From the human T2T-CHM13v2.0 reference genome, Homo sapiens: a stretch of DNA of 64,000 nucleotides. This document shows, piece by piece, positions 15,941-27,560 of this stretch (its first letter is position 1; each line of letters starts with the position of its first letter). The position numbers and the translations under genes were made by a program. The stretch lies in the NCBI RefSeq assembly GCF_009914755.1, contig NC_060929.1, one strand, 5' to 3'. The notes below the pieces were generated by a model. The model did no database searches. It was not told where the DNA came from and worked only from the letters and a program-made list of their open reading frames with translations.

Positions 15941-16841
15941 TCGTGTCTCCTCTTAGTTTTGATGTTGCTGTTACATATCCCTGAATACTATTGTCCAGTT
16001 CCTTCCATTTGATTCCACTCTGCCCTGAAAGGTAACTACTGTACTAAATTCCATTTAAAATTTTGTGTTCATTTGTAGAGTTTTAGTACGTATGTATCTC
16101 TAGTTTTAGCAAGTATATGTGTATTTATTACATTTTAAGATCTTTATGGAGCTTTACTGTATATAAAATTGGTGCTTTGCTGTACTGTAATAATGCTTTT
16201 TTCTACCCAATACTGGTTCTAATGTTATCTATAGTGTTGCATAGAGTTGTTATTTATTCTTTTTTATATCCCTATGCTACCTTATGTGTAACTATACTAG
16301 AAATTAATTTTCCCTCCTCTTATAAATATGTATTTGGTATTATTGATTTTTGAATAATTTTTAATAATGCCAGATTTTTCCTTTGGTACTATTTAGTATA
16401 GTTTATCTTTTTTTCACCTGTCTACTGTCATCCTTTACGTAATTTTACATATATAATCGAATGGAATAAGCTGAGGGTCCATTTTGGCTTGACATATTTG
16501 GAAAACACACCCCAAAAAATGTGTGACTTACAGTAATTCAAGTATTTCAATTCTAGTAGATTCAGTACAATGACAATTATATGTTTAATAGGCAAAGTCT
16601 TCCCTTTAATAAAATAAAGCATGTAGAACTGTTAATAACACCTATGATGTGGTTATTTATATTTAACACTTGTAAATGAAGCTATTATCAGGGTAGAACT
16701 GGCCACTGAAGAATTTTTATTGCACACTTGACATTGTGCCAGAAATTTTTATGGGCAGATATTGTTAAGTGATATATTTCTTTTAATATATTTGAACACA
16801 TTTAAACTAACATTAAGAAAAACAAACCAACATAAATTTTA

Positions 16842-17097
16842 TTTATTTTTTTAACCATATGATCCTATGTTTTCTTAAAAATTTTAAGTTCAAGGGTACA
16901 TGTGCAGTTTTGTTATACAGGTAACTCATGTCATGAAGGTTTGTGGTACAGATTATTTTGTCACCGGGTATTAAGCCTAGTACACATTAGTTATCAGAAA
17001 ACCGAATTCCACATGTTCTCACTTACAAGTGGGAGCTAAATGATTAGAATGCATGGACACATAGAAGGAACAACAGACACTGGGATTAGAAAAAAAT
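16842..17097 (-). mobile_element. Short old L1PA/L1PB 3'UTR insertion with 5' inversion
   Basis: 16880-16994 is an antisense L1 3' end; 16995-17097 is sense L1 3'UTR; TSD aacataaatttta at 16829-16841 and 17098-17110. Confidence 0.85.
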
Positions 17098-18999
17098 AAC
17101 ATAAATTTTAGTCTAAATGAGTGTGCAGAACTCATAGAAAATTAAGAAGTGACACTAAAGTACACATGTAATAAACTATGAAATAGTAGACAGAAACAAT
17201 CTCTCGTGGCATGCCAAGGGGTTGAACTAATCACACATCACAGAGCTTCAGTAACCAAAATATTTTACTTAGTTTTGGAGAAATTTCCTTTCATCTGAAA
17301 GGAAGATGATTATCTTTAGACAGTCAATTATTTTTAAGTTATCGACTGGGTACTTTCTTTACGTGTGTAATTTAATCCTTACATCTCCCAGATGCGATGT
17401 TACTCCATTTTACAGCTGTGAAAAATCAAATGAATCTAGAGGCCCTAGATGAACCTTTCAAAGGGGTAGATTTTAGGAAACAAGGATGGGGTGCAAATGC
17501 AGGATGATTTCACTGCAGTCTCATTTTCACCTTTGAAAGGAAGAAACTGGATATACTACACTGAAGAACAGTGCTGTCTCTATTACTAGAAGCTTTCTCA
17601 AAAATTTAGATGGCAATCATACAACAATTGGATAATCAGTATACAAGACATGTAAGACACATTCAAAGGGAATAACTATATATGAAAATCAACCATTAAG
17701 TAAAGATTTAAAGTACTTATTTTCCTTTTAATATTAGCAATTGAATGAGATGGTCATTTAAAATAATTATTTCCAATTATTAAAGAATTCATAATTTACT
17801 GATGCATATCAAAATAATTAGCTGTCAATTAGCTGTCAGAAAAGAGAAAAGCTTGTGAAATTCTGTAAAAGGGCGAGACTTCTCTCACCTATGACTTCCT
17901 TGGATTATGTTGATTCAATAAATGCCACGGAGTTTTATTCAACCAAGAATTTATGCCTCTCATTACTACCAAGTGACAGACTCAGTGTTTGGCTTAATCT
18001 TGATATTCTATTGAGTTTAACCACGTGAAATAAAATAAACCTGGCATTTCAGAATAATCCAGCAATTAAGGAAAACTATCATTAGCTTATAAATAACTAA
18101 AACAAGTACAAACAAAAGGAAAGCAAGTAAGTACAAAATGAAGCTTGCTTGTTGTTTTATCATTTCCTCCAGGTTCAAGGTAATCTTGTCAACTATTCAT
18201 TGTTTTCCTAAAGTAATAATCAAGCCTCGTATAGAATGAAACCATAAAATTCATGCAGAAGATTCAAGAAAAGACATGAGTGAGAGAATACTGTAAATAA
18301 ATAATTGTCAATTAGGAATTAATATAGAATACTATATATTTCCCACAAAACATACTCTTCCTTATGAGATGACAGGTGATACACTCTTATGTCAATAACT
18401 ATGCATTACAGTTACTTCTAGCTAACACCATGTTTCACTTATGATACACTATATTATATTTGGCATTTTGTGATGCCAGTTCCTTTGGGATTACAAAAAA
18501 TAATACCCTCATTAACAGAATTATAAATATTTGAATGCTGTGCCAACATTTAACTCATATCTGCCAATCAAAAAGGGAAAATGTTCTTTATTGATTGGAA
18601 AATGGATCTTGTTTGAAGATAATTGACTCTGAGTCTTTCATTGACATAATACCACCTCCAGAAGAAACATACACTCAACTTAGAAAACAAAGCTTAGATG
18701 TAAGAGGCTGATCACTTTCTCCTTACTCAAGCACAGTTCCTATTGACTAGATGAATATTCTGTCTGCCCATGAATTAAAGGATTATAGATCATCTAGTCC
18801 ATTTTGGAAGTTTAAAAATGTCTTTAAATAAGAAGCTTACCCAGAAACAGGGCACAAGAAATACAGAAAACCATAAATCTCTCATAGAAAAAGATGTGGA
18901 TGGGGTAATCAACAAAACAGCAACTATTGAAAAAAAATAAAAATAAATGCATGCATAAATAAGTATTTTACCACACTAAAATAGTTACTGCTAAGATGT

Positions 19000-19800
19000 T
19001 GGTAAAAATGAGATGTTGAGTTTGGGAAATGTTAAGTTTCAGATAAGCAACCAATACAACATCCAAGTAAAAATGTCCAGTGGCAGTAGATTAAAAGAAT
19101 CTGCTATTTAGTATTGAGGTAGAGAGTGGTAGCATACAGCCATACCTACATATATGTACACACACGTAGCTGAAGAAGAGAAGCCTGGTGCTGAAGCACC
19201 AGGGGATTACAGCCCTAAATATCAGGGAAATAAGACGTGGCAGTAATGAAAACTGAGAAACAATAAGAAGTGAGGTAAAAGATAGGCAAGTGTGGTTACT
19301 CAGAAGGCAAGGAAAGAAATGGTCCAAGGGGGAGGGAGAAATCTACTCTTTAAATATTCTTGGAGGTCAAATAATTTGATCTCAGAACGGACCTTGTGGT
19401 TTACGACAGGACTTCAATAAAACCAGATTGGGGGAGTTATAGGTATGAAAATAGGATTTTATAGGGTTCAAAAGAGAAAAAGAGATGAACCATTATAGAT
19501 ATTAGGTATGGACATCACTTTTAAGGAGCTTTCCTGTAAAATGGAAAAAGAATTGAATTGTTGGTCCAAAGAGAATTGGCTTCACCAAGAGTGATTTCAT
19601 GCTAATGGGAATAATCCAGAAGAGGAGTGATGCTAGTGAGGCCAGAGAGAGAGAAGCATATGCAAACATGAGGTCTGTAGTGGGCGACAGCCAAGGGAAT
19701 CTAGTTCACAGGTGGAGGGTCTGGTCTCTCTTAGGAACACAGACAATTCACTATAGCAATGAGATGGAAGGAAGAATATGTCAGCCATGTTTCAGAATAT
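19000..19800 (-). mobile_element. L2 fragment, antisense
   Basis: Purine-rich antisense L2 motifs (gagtttgggaaatgttaagtttcagata, catccaagtaaaaatgtccagtggcagt). Confidence 0.7.
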
Positions 19801-20682
19801 AGGAAATCCAGAGTGTGTGGACTGGACACAGAGTAACATCCATCCAGGCTACTGTGAAAATGACAATGATCATAAAGTTATTGTTAGGTGGTAAGTTTTC
19901 ACAGGTAGTAAATATCAGCTATTTCTGGGGGGTGGGGTATTGAGGCATATGCTATTTATTGGGTTCTCCCATGCCCAGCACTTGTGACTATCAGAACAGA
20001 ATTGACAGAGTTATGTTCATGATCACAAAGCTGTGATTCTTAACACCAAACATTCCTTATCCAGAACTGAGAAACAGTAAACTGTCCCAAGCCACACATG
20101 CAGCTACAGAGAATCTTGACCTTTCAGAAATGACTGAGGCTCACCTTTCTCAGATGAGCAATCAGCTCACTTTAATAGTCTAGGCATCAATCAATACACT
20201 TTAAAAGGGAAGGATATTATCCCCTCCCTTAAAGTCTTAAGAGAGAAATCAGCATCACTAAAACTAAAGTGTCACAAATGTATAAAATAAAGTATTCAGT
20301 GAAAATATTGCATCTAAAAAAACCTTCATTAAAGATAAAAGCACCAACCAACATGCTCTCATGTTGTGGGCCAAGGGGTCTGCTGCCTTGGCCTGTAGTC
20401 CTCTGGGGAGCCATGTGGCAGAGAGGTCTGGGCACTGTTGTGCTCACCCACCTGGTGACACAGTTGCAAATGTAACAGAAGGCACACTTTGGGCTCTCAC
20501 TTGCTCCAAAGTAAGAGAGATATGCCAGCAATGAAAACTGAGAAATAATGAAATACTCCCACATCCAAGATGGCCATTGACCCTAGAGGGCACCCCTTCA
20601 CCATCAGCTCTGGTCAGTGACACTCATGGGAGTGGCTGCAATGAGACTTCCCTCTCTCTTCTGGGCTCCTTGATCACCCACA

Positions 20683-21043
20683 GGTGATGGTTAATTTTAT
20701 GTATCAACTTGGACATTGTTTTTGGATGAGATTAGCATTTAAATCAGTGATCTTTCAGTAAAGACTACCCTCTATAATTTGATAATTTTATGGGCTTCAT
20801 TCAGTCAGTTGAAGGTCTGAATAGAAGGAAAAGTTGTGCCTACGGGAGCAAGAAGAAAGCATCCATCAGGCTGGCTTTGGACCTCAGCTGTACTGTGCAC
20901 TCCGAGGCGTGGAGCCTGCCTGTCCACACTGCAGATTTGGACTTTCCAGTCTTCTTAATTGCATGAGCCAATGTTTCATAATAAATCTCTTTCTCTATAT
21001 ACATTCTATTAGTTCTACTTCTCTGGAGGATCCTGACTGAAGC
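20683..21043 (+). mobile_element. MLT2 (ERVL) solo LTR
   Basis: gtgatggttaattttatgtatcaacttg...ttctattagttctacttctctggaggatcctgact. Confidence 0.85.
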
Positions 21044-22049
21044 ACCTATGAGAAGCTGAAGGGCCTTCCATCAGTCCCTCATGAGAGGCAGAGAAGGAAA
21101 ATGTCTGTAGCCTAAGGGTAATGTTCTCAGACGATAGCACAACCTCACTCCCTGCCCCTTCTCCCCTGAACTCAAAGCTGAAGGGCTCCCTTAGAATTCT
21201 GTTTCCCTTCCTCATTCCCACCTCCCACCTCTGAAGGTTGGGCTAATCCCAAGAGACAAGTGGGGAAGTGTGGTGGCCAACATGAAGGCCTGGTCCAGGG
21301 TCTGCTGACCTCAGGTGCATCCCATCCCCAGCTGGGCACATGGAGGGCACACCGACAGCTTGTCCCTTATTCCCCACAGGCCTTGCCTGTGTAGGGGAAA
21401 GTCAGGCCATCGCTCCACCAGCCCATAGGCTGCTAGCTATAGCTGCACTTGGGCTCTTTCCTGCACAGCTCTAGCAGTACTTTGGTGTGCTTGTTTTCCA
21501 TCTTGCTCTTGGGCATTCGGAAGCAAAGGAGCCAGCCCATGAGGTCCTTGTGCAGGCAAGCATTAGCCATGGGTCATCTGCATCTCCATCTCCAGTTGTG
21601 CTCTTAACCAGTAGGCTGACCTGCAAGAGCAGCATCTCTGTTGGGGTGGCCATGGGCAAGTGCTGCTGAGCTGTAGGGCAACTAGTAGAGCATTTCCAGC
21701 TCAAAAACCAGCTGGATACTGTCCTCCATTATTGTCCAGAGGCAGAAGGAAGGGCACCTCTGTGGCCTCAAAGTTGAGGAAGGAACCCCACCACTGGCCC
21801 CAAGCCATCAGCAGTCAGGCAAGCAGCTTGTTGTTCCTGTTCCACATCCTTAGTCCCAGCATCCAGGAGTACCAGATCTTTGAATTTAGGGACAGGATCT
21901 GGCCCTCCTGGTCATACACTCACAGGATTCAGTTGATCATGTGCTGTGAAGCAACATGAGATGTTCAGGAGCTCTGTGTACCTGTAGTACCAACTCCCTG
22001 TGCCATCTCATGGGTGTCACTGCTTTCTAGGATGTAGCCACAACTGTAC

Positions 22050-24647
22050 TGATATGGTTTAGCTCCGTGTCCCCACAAAAATCTCACCTTGAATTGTAAT
22101 AATCCCCACATGTCAAGGGGATTATCCTAGTGGAGATAATTGAATCATGGGAGCAGTTTTCTGCTATGCTGTTCTCATGATAGTGAGTGAGTTCTCACGA
22201 GATCTGATGGTTTTATAAAGGGCTCCCTCCTTCACTCCACACTCATTCTCTCTCCTGCAGCCCTGTGAAGAGGTGCCTTCTGTCATGACTGTAAGTTTCA
22301 TGAGGCCTCCCCAGCCATGTGGATCTGTGAGTCAATTAAACCTCTTTCCTTTATAAATTACCCAGTCTTGGGCAGTTCTTTATATCAGCATGAAAATGGA
22401 CTAATACATTAAATTGGTACCAGGAGAGTGGGGCACTGCTATAAAGATACCCAAAAATATGGAAGCAACTTTGGAACTGAGTAACAGGTAGAATTTGGAA
22501 CAGTTTGGGTGTCTCAAAAGGAGACAGGAAGATGTGGGAATGTTTTGAACTTCCTAGAGGCTTGTTGAATAGTTTTGACCAAAATGCCAATAATAATATG
22601 GACAATGAAGCCCAGGCTGAGGTGGTCTCAGATGGAGATTAGGAATTTCTTGGAAACTGGAGAAAAGATAACTCTTGCTTTGCTTTAGCAAACAGGCTAG
22701 TGGCTTTTTGCCCCTACCCTAAAGATCTGTGGAACTTTGAACTTGAGAGAGATAATTTAGTGTATCTGATGAAAGAAATTTCTAAGCAGCAAAGCTTTCA
22801 AGAGGAAGAAGAGCATAAACGTTTGGAAAATTTGCTGTCTGACCGTGAGGTAGAAAAGAAAAACCTATTTTCTGGGGAGAAATTCAAGCTGTCTGCAGAA
22901 ATTTGCATAAGTAATGAGGAGCTGAATGTTAATCACCAAAACAATGAGGAATATGTCTCTAGGGCATGTCAGAGACCTTCGCAGCAGCTCCTTCCATCAC
23001 AGGCTGTATTAGTCCATTTCACACTGCTGATAAAGACATACCCAACACTGGGAAGAAAAAGAGTTTTAATTGGACTTACAGTTCCACATGCCCGGGGAGG
23101 CCTCAGAATCATGGCAAGAGGCAAAAGGCACTGCTTCCATAGCAGCAGCAAGAGAAAATGAGGAAGAAGCAAAAGCGGAGACCCCTGATAAATCCATCAG
23201 ATTGTCTGAAACTTACTCACTATCACGAGACTAGCATGGAAACGAATGGCCCCCATGATTCAATTACCTCCCCATGGGTCCCTCCCACAACACGTGGGCA
23301 TTCTGGAAGATACAATTCAAGTTGAGATTTGGTGGGGACACAGCTAACCATATCACAGGCCCGGAGGCCTAGGAGGGAAAAATGGTTTCATGGGCTGGGC
23401 CCAGGACCTTCTGCTGTGTGCAGCCTCCAGACTTGGTGCACTGCATCCTAGCTGCTCCAGCTATGGCTCAAAGAGGCCAACGTACAGCTCAGGCCATTGC
23501 TTCAGAGGGTGCAAGCCCCAAGCCTTGGCAGCTTCCATGTGGTGTTGAGCCTAAGGGTGCATAGAAGTCAAGAATTGGGGTTTGAAAACCTTCACCTAGA
23601 TTTCAGTGGATGTATGGGAACACCTGGAAGTCCAGGCAGAAATTTTCTGCAAGGGAAGAGCCCTCATGGAGAACCTCCGCTAGAGTAGTGCAGAAGGGAA
23701 ATGTGGGGTTGGAGCCCCACACAGAGTCCCCAACTGAGGCATTGCCTAGTGGAGCTATGAGAAGTGAGCCACCATCCTCCAGACCCCAGAATGGTAGATC
23801 CACTGAAAGCTTGCACCATGTGCCTGTAAAAGCTGCAGACACTCAATGCCAGCCCATAAAAGCAGCCAGGAGGTGGTGAGGGGGGCTATTCCCTGCAAAG
23901 CCACAGGGTTGGAGCTGCCCAAGGCTGTGGGAGCACACCTCTTGCATCAGCAATGACCTGGATATAAGACATGGAGTGAAAGGAGATTATTTTGTAACTT
24001 TAATGTTTAATGACCACTCTATTGGACTTCAGAATTGGATGGGGCCTGTATCCTCTTCATTTTGATCGATTTCTCCCATTTGGAACAGGTGCATTTACCC
24101 AATGCCTGTACCCTGTTGTATCTAGGAAGTAACTAACTTGCTTTTGATTTTACAGGCTCATAGGTGGAAGGGACTTGCCTTGTCTCAGATAAGCTATTGG
24201 CCTTGGACTTCTGGGAAGTTAAGACTTTAGGGGACTGTTGCAAGGGCATGATTGTGTTTTGAAATGTGAGGACATGAGATTTTGGAAGGGCCAAAGGTAA
24301 AATGATATGGTTTGGCTCTGTGTCCCCACACAAATCTCACTTTGAATTGTAACAATTCCCATGTGTCATGGGTGGGAGCATGTGGAGATAACTGGATCAG
24401 GGAGCAGTTTCCCCCATTCTGTGCTTGTGATAGTGAGTGAGTTTTCGTGAGATCTGATGGTTTTATAAGTGGCTTCCTCTTTATTCAGCACTCATTTTCT
24501 CTCCTGAAGAGGTGCCTTCCACCATGATTCTAAGTTTCCTGAGGCCTCCCCAGCCACGTGGAACTGTGAGTCAATTAAATCTCTTTCCTTTATAAATTTC
24601 CCAGTCTCAGGCAGTTCTTTATAGTGGTGTGAGGACAGACTAATACA
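22050..24647 (+). mobile_element. Full THE1 MaLR element: 5'LTR 22050-22408, THE1-int, 3'LTR 24303-24647
   Basis: Two direct LTRs (tgatatggttt...taataca); internal region starts taaattggtaccaggagagtgggg; TSD tgtac / catac (ancestral cgtac). Confidence 0.96.
23005..23355 (-). mobile_element. THE1 (THE1A-like) solo LTR nested antisense in THE1-int
   Basis: tgtattagtcc...aaccatatca; perfect TSD caggc at 23000-23004 and 23356-23360. Confidence 0.95.
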
Positions 24648-27121
24648 CATACCAAAGCAGGGAACAAGGGAACCTGGAAGGGCATTGCTACATGACCACA
24701 ATGGATAGCCAGGCCTTCCAAATCCTGAAGGAACCACCCAGATTGTGTGCATGCATGTGTTGAGGTAAGGGGCATATTGGGAGTGGGTGACCCCCTATTT
24801 TGAGAATGCATCCATCTACCCTTTACTTTCTCCAAGGCATCAAATCGGCTTTTTTATAATGGTCTTTAGAGTCTCATCTCAGTAAGGAATGCAATGGAAC
24901 CCAATGTAATCCAGGCCCTCTCAACTACTTGTTTATACTTATGTACATAATGTATTTTAATGTGTCACTCATGTCACTGCTTAAGCTGGGAAAGCACTTT
25001 TTCTTTGGCATCCTAGGGAATCTCTACTAATATATATGTTCTCTCTTTGTATTCTTTCAGCACTCATCACACACTTACAACACTCACTATATAATCTGAA
25101 GTTTCTGGCCTAAGTGTTTGCCTTTCCTAGTAGGATCTAAGAATAGCTATTATGTCTTAAGTATCTTTATATCTCCAATTCTTAGCTCAGTGCTCAGAAT
25201 ATAAATGTTCACAAATTCCTGCAAAATTGTTCATGTGTAAAAATATATATGTATGCAGTCACACATATACAGAGAAGAGAAATGCTCATTCTAAGCAACT
25301 GAAATCAATTCCTTTCAAGAAGAGAACTGCCTTTGTTTAGAAAAATGCTTTGATAAGCTGTTTTTTAATGCATGGTTTGATATTAAGGGTAGGAAGAAAA
25401 AAACGTATAGCTAATTACTTCAACTCTAAAAAAACATGAAGGAAATTCCTTAAGTCTTCGGTAAAGTGTGTCATCTACTCAATGCTGTCTGTTTGTATTT
25501 TTGATTGTTGTTTATTCCATTCTGTGTTAGAGTAAGTCAAATAAAGTAGCAAAATTAAATGTAGTTAAAAGAGGTAAAGCCCATGCTAGTGTATAAGCTG
25601 ATTTACAAACTGATTAACACATTAGTGAAAGATATTTGAAAACAAGTGAGCTTCCCCAGTTCCACCTGTGTTAGACATTGATTGCTGCTTACTAATTTCA
25701 TTTTCTCTTCTGCCTGGGCAAATTGCTAAACTACAACTGCAAACACTCCCTATATAGTTGTTCATGTGACTAAGTTCTATACAAAATAATGGAGTTTCCA
25801 AACCTGTTTTGTTCAATGGAAACTTCTCATGGTGACTATATATTCTCCTTGCTTTTACTGATGACTTGATACAGACAAGCAAAGAAAACTTGAAAAGTAT
25901 GCAAAAAGCTACAAGATGGAAGGAGACTAGGTTCTTATATCATGTCTTGGAAGATAGGCTCTTACCAAATGGAACATCCATTTTGGACTTCAGATGAGCA
26001 TGAAGTAAATTTTTATTCCATTGAGTCTTCACATATTTATAATATTTAGGAAGTTTAGCAGATTTCTGCATTAATGCATATAAATAAAATATTCAATTAA
26101 CATGCAAAAATAAAACCGATCTAGTAAAAATGTATTAGATTCTGCAGATGTAGGATAATGCAGTTTTTATATTACTTCCATACTTCAGTTATGTCAATAA
26201 TTCTCAGTTGGTTTTCTCTTATACTTTGTAGAATCTCAAAAAATCTGATACATGTTGATTCAAGTGAAAAGAATAAAGCTTCCTATTTACTGTGGTAAAT
26301 ACTGAATAAAATCTCTCTCATTTTTATAATTGTATTCAGCTCAATTATGAAACATTAGATTCTTAATCTTCTATTTTAATATCTTATTTTACTCTTCATT
26401 GTAGTCTTCACATATTTTTGCTATGCTAATATATCAAATATACATTTATTAAACTTTACTTAAAAATATCTAATTATCCTTCAATATTAAAGAAGATAAA
26501 TATTTTGATCACTTTCTATATATGTTGGTTATGGTGGAAAATAATTGTATAAACAATATCATATTAATATTACAATTCTACATGATATACTCTTTGATAG
26601 ATGAGGATGTATACGAGGCATTAATAACTAATTTGCCCAACATGACACTGAATTCAAACATACTACTATGACTTCATCCCCAAACTGTTACTTTAATCTG
26701 TGGTATTCATCAGTATTATTATCTTCAACTACTGTATTACGCATATCATCACTGGAATTTTTATTGTCCTCCTAACTTATGCTATATGCTCATGATGTGA
26801 AAACCTATATTTTTATCCTAGATATTTCTTGTATATTTCAGACACATATTTATTTCTTCTAGATATTAGTATATGGAGGAAATTATGGCACTTCTGACTT
26901 ATCCCAAAACTGAACCAATTTTATACACACTTAAACTTTCCCCTCTTTCTACACTTAAACTTCAGTCAATTGAAAAACCATTTATTTTGACAATTAAGTC
27001 ATAGACTTGATGAACACTCTGAATTCATTCTTCTGTTTTGCTCCCCATATTCAGTAAGTAAGCAAATTTAGTCAATTCTGGCTCTTAGATCCTTCTTAGC
27101 ATCACCCTGTTATCTTGGTCT

Positions 27122-27560
27122 TTGTATGGATCAGGGTGACAGTGAACAACAAATGGTTCTCCCAGTCTCTAAGTTTGAGAAGTTTAACAAAGGGAAAGGT
27201 TTAGGGAAACCAGCAGGAACAATGCAGTACCCCTGGGCTATTGATGTTAGAGTAGCCTTTAGCCTGTCTCAGCTTGAAAGATAGAGAGCAGTAACCAGAA
27301 ACCAGAGTATTATTCATATAGAGATGGTGCTATTTATCAAGAGATACAGTCTTTGGAAAGAATAAGGCCAAATAAATAATTACACTCAGCTGACTGCATG
27401 CCTATCACCCAGTCTCCTGCTCCTATGTCCTGTTGGCTGAACCCAGAATCTAATTGGAAACTAGAGAACAACAGAGTGCAGTTGGTTTAGCTCAGCCTTC
27501 AAGGGCAAAGATTAGGACACAGAAGAGTGCAGAGTGGATCTGGAGGGGCAAATGGAAGAT
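27122..27560. mobile_element. Old ERVL-type LTR (LTR33-like) within L2 sequence
   Basis: agtttaacaaaggga...ggtttagggaaaccagcagg...tcctgttggctgaacc...gagtggatctggaggggcaaatggaaga recalls the LTR33 family; not certain. Confidence 0.5.

Larger units (their letters stand above)
20330..24870 (-). pseudogene. Probable old processed pseudogene (3' CDS plus 3'UTR), parent not recognised; interrupted by MLT2 and THE1
   Basis: GC-rich, non-repeat-like blocks (20330-20682, 21044-22049, 24648-24870) in an AT-rich background; minus-strand codon-like frames broken by stops and frameshifts; terminal frame 21570-21433 MANACLHKDLMGWLLCFRMPKSKMENKHTKVLLELCRKEPKCSYS*; possible minus-strand AATAAA at 19955-19960; no poly-A tail or TSD found. 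Confidence 0.55.

Noticed and set aside
22700-23879. ORFs of 60-153 aa
   Set aside because: THE1-internal remnants running through a nested LTR.
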